From assembly GCA_963803805.1 (NCBI GenBank), contig CAWDOD010000010.1, positions 448,001-512,000 on the forward strand: a stretch of 64,000 nt of DNA, read 5' to 3'. Below are positions 30,034 to 38,453 of the stretch, piece after piece (position 1 is the stretch's first letter; each line of letters begins with the position of its first letter). The stretch comes from an uncultured cyanobacterium (lineage in GTDB: Bacteria > Cyanobacteriota > Cyanobacteriia > Cyanobacteriales > CAWCAG01). Position numbers and translations under genes: made by a program. Under the pieces are notes generated by a model that did not search any database, had not been told where the DNA came from, and was given only the letters and a program-made list of their open reading frames with translations.

Positions 30034-30921
30034 ATGAAGTTAGTGTCGGGGCAAAAACTTGGTGCTTGGAGGTATGAAGCAAAGCAAGCAGCGATCGCTG
30101 CTTCTATACCTCCTGGGGAGGTAGACTGGTTATTGCAAGAAGTGACAGAACTCGATAGTCTTGCTTTGCGTTTGTCAAGTTTTGAAGAGGGATCTCAGCT
30201 TAAAAGTGATTACTCTTTGCCCCAACTAGCTCAACTTTGGCAAAAGCGCATTACGGACAAGATACCAGTACAATATCTGGTGGGAAAAAGCCCTTGGAGA
30301 AATTTCCGGCTGGAGGTTTCCTCAGATGTATTAATTCCTCGTCCAGAAACAGAATGTTTGATTGATCTAGCTGTAAATGCTGTGAAAAATTTCCCAGAAT
30401 TAAGTAGGGGAAATTGGGTGGATTTGGGTACAGGGAGTGGCGCGATCGCTCTAGGATTAGCGGAGGTTTTTCCTGATGCTACTATTCATGGTGTGGATTT
30501 TAGTGCCGCAGCTTTAAAAGTAGCGACAGCTAATGCTAACCGATTAGGTTTTGGACAAATCAAATTTTATCCAGGTTTTTGGTGGGAACCTCTAACTGAT
30601 CTCAAGGGCAAAGTAAAGGGAATGATTTCCAACCCGCCTTATATTCCCACAACTTCTGTAGCAAAGTTACAACCAGAAGTGGCTAAACATGAACCCCACC
30701 TCGCTTTAGATGGTGGGAAAGATGGTTTAGATTCTATCAGACATTTGGTTACTACTGCTCCTAATTATCTCCAGTCAGGGGGGATTTTTTTAATTGAGAT
30801 GATGATGGGGCAAGCAGAAGAAGTTAGTAATCTTTTACGACAGCAAGGCAGTTACCAAAATATAAAAATTCTCCCTGATTTGGCAGGGGTAGAACGTTTT
30901 GCTCTAGCTTATTGTATTTGA
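30034..30921 (+). CDS. prmC: Release factor glutamine methyltransferase
   Basis: LIPRPETE, DLGTGSG, SNPPYI and HEPHLALDGG motifs. Confidence 0.95.
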   Translation: MKLVSGQKLGAWRYEAKQAAIAASIPPGEVDWLLQEVTELDSLALRLSSFEEGSQLKSDYSLPQLAQLWQKRITDKIPVQYLVGKSPWRNFRLEVSSDVLIPRPETECLIDLAVNAVKNFPELSRGNWVDLGTGSGAIALGLAEVFPDATIHGVDFSAAALKVATANANRLGFGQIKFYPGFWWEPLTDLKGKVKGMISNPPYIPTTSVAKLQPEVAKHEPHLALDGGKDGLDSIRHLVTTAPNYLQSGGIFLIEMMMGQAEEVSNLLRQQGSYQNIKILPDLAGVERFALAYCI

Positions 30922-31065
30922 TCAAGAGAACAACTAGAAATCTCTCTTAACTTAGAGAACTCCAACAAATAAAATATCCTCACCAAGTCTAAGATTTTAG
31001 CAACTAGCAATTGGCTTTTGGGTAAATCTTTTCTTGAATCTCTCTTATTACTTATTACTTAAAGA

Positions 31066-31992
31066 ATGAATCCCCATCTCATCATTCCCGAAGGAACACA
31101 AGTTGTTGCTCGTCGGGAAGTCAAAAATTCTGCCCAGGAAATAATCTGTTTACGAGGGGCAGTGGGAACTATTATTAAAGCGCCTACAGATAATTCTCAT
31201 AGTTACAGGGTGCGCCTTCCTAACAGTATAGAAGTGACTTTGCATCGCCAAGAATTTAGTATCCGCAAGCATTTTCAAAAAGAAGGTTTGCTTGCCGCAG
31301 AAGATATGTTGGCAGAGTTGAATTTATTTGATCAGACAATTTACCGTTGTATTGTTGGTTCTAAAGCTTTTGATTTAGATAATAACAATTCTGATACAGA
31401 TATTCGAGGTATTTATCTTCCTCCTGCTTCAATTCATTGGTCACTTTATGGTATTCCAGAACAAATTGAAAATGATCTTACTCAAGAATGTTATTGGGAA
31501 TTACAGAAGTTTCTGATCCTCGCTTTGAAAGCTAATCCTAATGTTTTGGAATGTCTTTATACACCCTTGATAGAAAAAGCTACTCCTTTAGCAGAAGAGT
31601 TATTGTCTCAAAGAGATATGTTTCTTTCTCAGTTGGTATATCAAACCTACAACGGTTATGTTATGTCTCAATTCAAGAAAATGGAGCAAGATTTACGTAC
31701 TAAAGGGCAAGTAAAGTTGAAACACGCTATGCACTTAATTCGTTTATTGTTATCAGGTATTACTGTGCTTAAAGAAGGTTTTGTACCAGTTAAAGTTGAA
31801 GAGTTTCGACAAAAATTATTAGCAATTCGCAATGGAGAAATGCCTTGGGAAGAAGTAAATAGTTGGAGACTTAAGCTACATAAAGAGTTTGATTTGGCCT
31901 TCACTCAAACTTCTTTGCCCGAACGTCCTGACTATGAACAAGCTAACGCTTTTTTAATTAAGGCGAGGCGTTCGCAGGTAAGTGATAGATGA
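31066..31992 (+). CDS. Pol-beta superfamily nucleotidyltransferase (RlaP/YcgL-like) with extra N-terminal domain
   Basis: VGSKAFDL...SDTDIRGIY, KANPNVLECL and KHAMHLIRLL motifs, preceded by a roughly 70-aa beta-rich extension. Confidence 0.8.
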   Translation: MNPHLIIPEGTQVVARREVKNSAQEIICLRGAVGTIIKAPTDNSHSYRVRLPNSIEVTLHRQEFSIRKHFQKEGLLAAEDMLAELNLFDQTIYRCIVGSKAFDLDNNNSDTDIRGIYLPPASIHWSLYGIPEQIENDLTQECYWELQKFLILALKANPNVLECLYTPLIEKATPLAEELLSQRDMFLSQLVYQTYNGYVMSQFKKMEQDLRTKGQVKLKHAMHLIRLLLSGITVLKEGFVPVKVEEFRQKLLAIRNGEMPWEEVNSWRLKLHKEFDLAFTQTSLPERPDYEQANAFLIKARRSQVSDR

Positions 31993-32031
31993 TTGTTCTC
32001 ATAGGATTATTTGTCGGATTAATTATTAATT

Positions 32032-32772
32032 ATGAAGCAATTATCAGAAATTATCGAAAATCAGCCCTATCCTTTATTATTCGTTACTATTAGCGGGGCG
32101 CATTTATATGGCTTTCCTTCAGCAGATTCGGATTACGATTTACGGGGAGTCCATATTTTACCAGCAGCAGAAGTTGTTGGTTTATATAATGTTCATGAAA
32201 CTATTGAATTATCTGAGATAAAAGAAGGCGTGGAAGTTGATTTAGTCACCCACGATCTTAAAAAGTTTTTTAGCTTATTATTGACCAGAAATGGCTATGT
32301 TTTAGAGCAACTTTACTCTCCTTTGGTTTTACATACTACCCCTGCTCACAAAGAACTAAAAGCAATTGCTAATAGTTGTATTACTAGCTATCATTGCTAC
32401 CATTATCTTGGTTTTGCTAAAACACAATGGCGATTATTTGAGAAAAAGCGACCCCAACAAGTTAAACCTTTACTTTATGTTTACCGTGTATTGTTAACAG
32501 GTATTCATCTGATGCAAACAGGAAGAGTAGAAGCAAATCTGCTTACTTTAAACGAAAAATTCCAGTTACCTTATCTTACAGAACTTATTGAGAAAAAAGT
32601 AACAGGGCAGGAGAAAGGTATTCTAAAAGAAACTGATTTAGTGTTCCATAGACAAGAATGTGAGCGCTTAAAAAACACTTTAAAAAAAGCTAGTGAGGAG
32701 AGCCATTTACCTGAAAAGACTACTGCCAAAGAATTATTAAACGATTTACTCGTTAAGTTGAGGTTATCCTAG
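32032..32772 (+). CDS. Pol-beta superfamily nucleotidyltransferase (RlaP/YcgL-like)
   Basis: SGAHLYGFPSADSDYDLRGVH, NGYVLEQLYSP and KPLLYVYR motifs. Confidence 0.82.
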   Translation: MKQLSEIIENQPYPLLFVTISGAHLYGFPSADSDYDLRGVHILPAAEVVGLYNVHETIELSEIKEGVEVDLVTHDLKKFFSLLLTRNGYVLEQLYSPLVLHTTPAHKELKAIANSCITSYHCYHYLGFAKTQWRLFEKKRPQQVKPLLYVYRVLLTGIHLMQTGRVEANLLTLNEKFQLPYLTELIEKKVTGQEKGILKETDLVFHRQECERLKNTLKKASEESHLPEKTTAKELLNDLLVKLRLS

Positions 32773-33021
32773 ATAATTAATCACATCAGAGTTTATCCAA
32801 GTCTTTCTAATCTAAGAACCTATCCCACTATTTCAAAAAGGCGATTTACTTAAGTAAAATATGTCTTAAAAGTTTGATTTTTAGTTTTAATATGAAATCG
32901 AAAAAATAACGCTACAGATAAATAAATCGCTTTTGTATCGCTCTTTTTTAGTCAATCCTTCTTTTAAGTTAATCTGTGGGTATTTTTTTACTAAGATAAG
33001 TTCAATCAAGAAACTTTTGAA

Positions 33022-33246
33022 CTAGCTACTTATATGATTCAAGTTCTCTAGTTTAGAAGGAGTTGCAGACATGATTCTTCTTCTACCAGTACCACCACGA
33101 CAGCCGCTGATTTTGACTCTGCAACTTCGGTAAGTAAAGCTATTATTTTCTGCTAAGCCAGTGGAATATGAGTTGTTATTTTGTGAAGCTATAGTTACTA
33201 TAACCAAAAATAAACTATTTATAAGTAAGCAATATTTAATCTGCAT
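33022..33246 (-). CDS. Small putatively secreted peptide with RGGTGRR motif
   Basis: Hydrophobic N-terminus followed by C-x6-C-RGGTGRRR. It is the only ORF listed in a 700-bp gap. Confidence 0.5.
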   Translation of the reverse strand: MQIKYCLLINSLFLVIVTIASQNNNSYSTGLAENNSFTYRSCRVKISGCRGGTGRRRIMSATPSKLENLNHISS

Positions 33247-33491
33247 AAGCTAACTATTTATTAAACACCTAGTTACTTATACAGAAGTTTTTTCAAGAAA
33301 CAGGAAATCACATAATTACTACTTTTAAGAACTTTTTGCAAAAAATAACAAATAACAAATGTGCTGATTATGATCAACTTGAAACCTTGTTACATTTACA
33401 AAATGACATTATTCTGTGGCAAAACTGGTATTATATTTTCATACTAGTTAAAATAGGGCGCTGCTACCCAGGGTAAGGTGATAACTGAAAT

Positions 33492-35543
33492 ATGCTTTCC
33501 AATCTTGACCCCAAGGGTGAAATTTGGCAACTATGTCAACAAAGTAAAGTTGGCAAACTTTTACCCAATGCTTTATACGTCCATACTTCTGCTCTAAATT
33601 CCCTCACTCCCCAACTCCAAAATTATGAAAGCCGAGTTAGGCAAACTAACAAACGCTTAGCTGAAGCTACCTTAATTAAATTCAACTTTAATAAACCGAA
33701 AATTTCCTATCTCTTTTACCCAGATTTTGATGAAGATCCTCATCCATCTCTGCAAAGTAGTATTCAAGTAGATGTGCTGAGTTTAGAAACTAGTTATCGA
33801 GATTATAGTAGCTCAGAAAATCCTCCCATACTGCATCGCAAAGAAGCCTTTGTAACTGCCGACTATCCCCTTTACCAAAAATTCGCTCAACTTACTCTCA
33901 CTGAAGAAGCTTTAGGTTTATTAGATAAATCTCGCTTCATCGGTACTCAAAAGGAATGGCAACAACGCCTTGCTAACTATGGCGTAGAATTACAAGGGCA
34001 TTACCTTGCTTGTCCCTTACACAAAGCCCAAAAAACTCGCACCATCAGAATTGAACGCCACAAAGCAGCAATGGTGCGTAAGTCCCTTTCCCGTCCTGTC
34101 CGTTTAGCCCTAGAAGCAGATTTATTTCCCCCCGGTACAACTTTTTTTGACTATGGTTGCGGTTGGGGAGGAGATATAGAACGTATGGCAAAAAAAGGTT
34201 ATCATAGTTCCGGTTGGGACCCCTATTATTGCCCAGAAACAGCCTTAACAGCCGCCGATGTGGTTAACTTAGGCTATATTATTAACGTCATAGAAGACTT
34301 GGCAGAACGGCGAGAAGCCCTTGTTGAGGCTTGGAATTTAACTCAACAGGTCTTAATTGTAGCAGCACAAGTCTTAATTAGTAGCAGTAGTAGAGGACAA
34401 ATTGCCTACGGAGATGGTGTAATCACCAACCGCAATACCTTTCAAAAGTATTATGAACAAGAAGAGTTAAAAAGTTACATCGACCAAGTTCTAGACGTTG
34501 ATGCTATCCCTGTTGGGTTAGGAATCTACTTCGTTTTCCGCGACGGAACCCAAGCCCAAACTTTCCGTGCCTCCCGCTTCCGTTCTAGGGCTACCACTCC
34601 AAGGGTTTGCAAGCCTGTTAGACGTTTTGAAGATTACCAAGAATTGCTTGCTCCGTTGATGATCTTTATCACTGAACGAGGACGCTTGCCAGCCAAAGGA
34701 GAGTTAGCCGAAGAAGTTGCCCTTAAAGAAGAATTTGGTACTTTGCACCGTGCTTTTAAACTTATTTTACAAGCAACAGACCCCCAAGAGTGGGAAGCGA
34801 TCGCTGAAAAACGCCGTCAAGATTTGCGACTCTACTTAGCCCTAGCAAAATTAAATCAAACTCCTAAACTAAGGGAGTTTGCACCTAGAGTAAAAGAAGA
34901 TTTTAAAAGCTTATTCGGTAGCTATCGTCAAGCAACTTTTGAGGCGGAAGATATGTTATTTAGTCTTGGTGATCCCGAAGTTATTGCCGAGTGCTGTTTG
35001 CATAGTAAAATTGGACAGAAGGGGCGTAACTCTCTTATTGTACATATTAGTGCTTTAGAAAACCTTGATCCGTTGCTACGACTTTATGAAGGTTGTGCCA
35101 GCCGTACCATTGGCAGAATGGAAGAAGTAACCTTGATTAAGTTTCACATCCGCAAACCCAAAATTTCTTATCTCTTCTACCCCGACTTTGACACAGAACC
35201 CCATCCCCTTCTCCATACTAGTATGCAAATAGACTTGCAAGACTTACACGTTAGTTATTGGGAACATGACCCTGAGAATCCTCCTGTTTTACACCGAAAA
35301 GAAACCTTAGTTACAACAGATTATCCCTTCTATGAAAAATTTGCCCGTCTCAGCCGCCAAGAGCAAGACTGGGGCCTATTAGATGAGCCTAATAACATTA
35401 GATACCTCCAAGGCTGGTTAAAATACCTCGAAAACCATTGTGCCACTTTTAAAGGTCATTTTCTGGTATGGCGTAAGGATGCTGACCCTTATAAAGTTAA
35501 GTTACTCAAAGCTGCAGTTCAAGCCCGTAGGAGGGGAAGATAG
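33492..35543 (+). CDS. DNA phosphorothioation-associated putative methyltransferase
   Basis: RHKAAMVR..LSRP, FDYGCGWGGD, GWDPYY, VNLGYIINVIE and TFQKYYEQ motifs, with a duplicated KISYLFYPDFD.PHP / NPP.LHRKE domain. Confidence 0.85.
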   Translation: MLSNLDPKGEIWQLCQQSKVGKLLPNALYVHTSALNSLTPQLQNYESRVRQTNKRLAEATLIKFNFNKPKISYLFYPDFDEDPHPSLQSSIQVDVLSLETSYRDYSSSENPPILHRKEAFVTADYPLYQKFAQLTLTEEALGLLDKSRFIGTQKEWQQRLANYGVELQGHYLACPLHKAQKTRTIRIERHKAAMVRKSLSRPVRLALEADLFPPGTTFFDYGCGWGGDIERMAKKGYHSSGWDPYYCPETALTAADVVNLGYIINVIEDLAERREALVEAWNLTQQVLIVAAQVLISSSSRGQIAYGDGVITNRNTFQKYYEQEELKSYIDQVLDVDAIPVGLGIYFVFRDGTQAQTFRASRFRSRATTPRVCKPVRRFEDYQELLAPLMIFITERGRLPAKGELAEEVALKEEFGTLHRAFKLILQATDPQEWEAIAEKRRQDLRLYLALAKLNQTPKLREFAPRVKEDFKSLFGSYRQATFEAEDMLFSLGDPEVIAECCLHSKIGQKGRNSLIVHISALENLDPLLRLYEGCASRTIGRMEEVTLIKFHIRKPKISYLFYPDFDTEPHPLLHTSMQIDLQDLHVSYWEHDPENPPVLHRKETLVTTDYPFYEKFARLSRQEQDWGLLDEPNNIRYLQGWLKYLENHCATFKGHFLVWRKDADPYKVKLLKAAVQARRRGR

Positions 35544-36032
35544 GAAAATGGGGAAAAGATTGAATCTTAATACTAATTTTCTGAAACTTCTATCTATCCC
35601 AAGAGTTACTTGGTTTGGGCTTTAACGGGAAAAGAACTAAGGTAATGATGATGACGTGAAAGGATGATGTAATCAACAGTTGTCAATAGTTATTTGACGT
35701 ATTTCTACTTAGTTTGGTTATAATAGATTGGAAATATAGAATATTTAGCTTCCTTAATTAAAAACTGGTTACTTGAATTTCAAAACTGCTAGTAACCAGG
35801 TTAACTTAAATTCGTTAGAGGGAAACATTAGGGTGATCTTACTATCAATAACCAAAAAAATCGCAGTTATTTTGGAGCTTAAAGACTACCAAGATCGAGA
35901 ACAGGGTTGAACTATTGCTCCTGATGTCCGAAATAAAGAAATATATTAACAAACGTCCTATTTGTGAGTACCAATGGCTATAAAGCCTTTAATAGTTCAA
36001 GTCAACTGTTATCAAAGCTAGAGGTTTATGAT

Positions 36033-36485
36033 GTGATTGCTATCTCTATACTTCCCACCAGACAAGAATGGTCTAAAATGAGTTTTGCTTCTACCCTCTA
36101 TCTTTGTCCGATTCTGGATTTACTTCTAGCCAAAGTACCTAGTGAATTGCAAGCAGAATTAAGGCTAGGACTACAAGAAGCACTGGTTAATGCTGCCAAG
36201 CACGGTAATAAGCTTGATCCTAGTAAGACTGTTGCCGTAGAATTTTCCATCTTGAAAGATAGTTATTTTTGGATTATTTCTGATGAAGGTTCTGGTTTTG
36301 CTCCTAGTTGCGAGTGCAACATTCATCCGGAAGAATACTTACCACCAGAAGAGTCGGAAAGCGGTAGGGGACTGTGTATCCTCAACCTGATTTTTGATGA
36401 GGTTCGTTGGAATTCTCAAGGAACCCAATTGATGCTTTTTAAGCGGATCACGAAGACTAAGGCAAGTGCTACTTTAGTAACCTGA
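36033..36485 (+). CDS. pmgA: Anti-sigma-factor-like kinase PmgA (HATPase_c)
   Basis: SFASTLYLCPILDLLL, LGLQEALVNAAKHGN and ESGRGL motifs. GTG at 36033 follows GAGGT; the ORF track starts at 35964. Confidence 0.8.
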   Translation: MIAISILPTRQEWSKMSFASTLYLCPILDLLLAKVPSELQAELRLGLQEALVNAAKHGNKLDPSKTVAVEFSILKDSYFWIISDEGSGFAPSCECNIHPEEYLPPEESESGRGLCILNLIFDEVRWNSQGTQLMLFKRITKTKASATLVT

Positions 36486-36497
36486 ATTCACTTAATC

Positions 36498-36785
36498 TTA
36501 GTTTTTCTTAGCTCCATGAGTAGGGCAAGGAGGAGCAGAAATAGAACGGTCTAACCACCCTACGGCTTGCTTAAATCTCAATAGTGCCTCTTGGGAGTTA
36601 TCTCTTAATAAAAAGACTAAAGCTGCCGCAGCTTGCTGACTAGCTTGTGCTGGGCGATTGGCTTTAAGACGATGCCAATCATTGGGCTTAATGCTTAAAC
36701 GTTCTGCAAGGGCTTGTGCTAACTCTAGAGTACTTATTTCATCAAGAGTTGCTTTGGAGTGCGATCGCTGGGTTAGGTGAGACAT
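36498..36785 (-). CDS. Conserved cyanobacterial hypothetical protein (DUF6439-like)
   Basis: LAERLSIKPNDWHRLK and PPCPTHG. Confidence 0.7.
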   Translation of the reverse strand: MSHLTQRSHSKATLDEISTLELAQALAERLSIKPNDWHRLKANRPAQASQQAAAALVFLLRDNSQEALLRFKQAVGWLDRSISAPPCPTHGAKKN

Positions 36786-36847
36786 AGATTTTTATAATAA
36801 AAATATTAAAGCTAGGATTTCAACTAAATATTAGTCTATCGCAGCAG

Positions 36848-37213
36848 ATGAATCCACCTAAAAAGCCAAGACTCTCGGAAAATGGTGATCCAGAAATAGA
36901 GAAAGCTCTAGTAGAGGTTGAAGAATTGTTTATAGCTGTTAAGGAGCGCTATAGCCAAGTAACTCGTTCGCAAAATAGGAAAACTCAGCTTCAGCAAGAA
37001 CAAAAGCAACTCAACAAGCAAAAAAGTAACTCTAGTAATTCTCAGCAAATCAAAGCAGAATTACGACAAATTCAACAGGAGTTAGAAACCATTGAACTTA
37101 ACTTAGAGAGTCGTTTGTTTAGCTGGGATAGCTTCAAAGAACCTTTTTGGCAAGCAGTTAGGTTTGGAGGCTTAGGAATCGTCTGTGGTTGGATTTTAAA
37201 GTCTTGTACTTGA
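36848..37213 (+). CDS. Coiled-coil hypothetical protein with C-terminal membrane anchor
   Basis: Q/E-rich helix and FWQAVRFGGLGIVCGWIL. Confidence 0.7.
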   Translation: MNPPKKPRLSENGDPEIEKALVEVEELFIAVKERYSQVTRSQNRKTQLQQEQKQLNKQKSNSSNSQQIKAELRQIQQELETIELNLESRLFSWDSFKEPFWQAVRFGGLGIVCGWILKSCT

Positions 37214-37215
37214 GG

Positions 37216-38355
37216 CTAACTAACTATTAAAGGCATTGTTAAAGTTAAAGTCGTCCCTTGACCAGTTTTACTCTCAACTTTAATTGTACCTTTGTGAAGA
37301 TCAACAAATTGCTTAACAATTGCTAAGCCTAAACCGCTACCTTTCACTTTCCCTACATTTTTAGCTCGACGAAATGGCTCGAAAAGATGTTCTAAGTCTT
37401 CTTGGGGAATACCAATACCTTGATCTTTGATGATAAAAATAGCTGTTTGATTTTGACAAGTAAGTATGAATTCAATAGCTTCTTCATTAGGAGAATATTT
37501 GATTGCATTAGAAAGCAAATTCATTAAAATGTGCCGTAAACCATGAATATCCATTTGTCCTGAGATGCTTTTTCTTTCCTTAATAAGGAGAATTTGGCAC
37601 TGAGAAATAGTTTGAAATTCGTCTACTAAGTCTTGGCAAAATGCCACAATTTCTACTGGAACTGGGTTGAAAGGTAATTGAGCTAATTGAGATTTACCTA
37701 AAATAGATAGATCCTCTAGGATCTGCTTCATGCAATCTACACTTGTTTGGATACGATGAAAATATTTTTCACCTTTTTGCTCAAAACTACCTTTCTGGCT
37801 ATATAAATTGAGTAATTCCGCAGAACCAGCGATCGCCGTGAGGGGAGTTCTGAGATCGTGGGCAGCCATAGAAAGAAAGCGAGTTTTGAGATTATTAAGT
37901 TCCTTTTCTTCTAAAAGTGTTGCTTCTCTGGTTTGATCGGCACTGTGCTTAGCTAGAGCCATCTCTATGGTAGTTTTAGTATCTTGAGGTTTAAAAGGTT
38001 TAACTAAGTAACCATAAGGCCCTGTTTTTTTTGCTCTGTCTAAAGTAGAATCATCAGCATGGGCTGTCATATAAATAATGGGAATGTGAAGTTGAGAGTT
38101 AATAATTTGAGCAGTTTCAATACCATCTAAGTCTCCTTGAAGAGTGATATCCATTAAAACTAAGTTAGGGTGAGTTTCTGTTGCTTTTTGAATAGCTAAC
38201 TTCCCAGAACTAGCAACTCCCATTACCTCATAGCCTTGTTTTTCTAGGCTACGAGTCAGATTTTTAGCAACAATCAACTCATCTTCTACAACCAAAATTT
38301 TGGCTGGGGAGATATGTTGGCTTTCCTGATTCATCTGCTTATTTACTGTCAGCAT
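37216..38355 (-). CDS. Hybrid response regulator-histidine kinase (REC-HisKA-HATPase)
   Basis: ILVVEDE, LMDI, KPF, AHDLRTPL, NAIKYS and GSGLGL motifs. Confidence 0.92.
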   Translation of the reverse strand: MLTVNKQMNQESQHISPAKILVVEDELIVAKNLTRSLEKQGYEVMGVASSGKLAIQKATETHPNLVLMDITLQGDLDGIETAQIINSQLHIPIIYMTAHADDSTLDRAKKTGPYGYLVKPFKPQDTKTTIEMALAKHSADQTREATLLEEKELNNLKTRFLSMAAHDLRTPLTAIAGSAELLNLYSQKGSFEQKGEKYFHRIQTSVDCMKQILEDLSILGKSQLAQLPFNPVPVEIVAFCQDLVDEFQTISQCQILLIKERKSISGQMDIHGLRHILMNLLSNAIKYSPNEEAIEFILTCQNQTAIFIIKDQGIGIPQEDLEHLFEPFRRAKNVGKVKGSGLGLAIVKQFVDLHKGTIKVESKTGQGTTLTLTMPLIVS

Positions 38356-38453
38356 AAGAATAGTTTTAACGATTTTTATTTTGACTTTCTTGATCTAGTT
38401 ACTTCTAAGATCCTAGAAAGGCGTTCAAGATCGCGCATATTTTAATGTATAAG

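Noticed and set aside
28164-35543. tRNA-Pro as attachment site of a genomic island
   Set aside because: No integrase and no duplicated tRNA 3' end were seen, and the genes immediately downstream (Tic22, prmC) are core.
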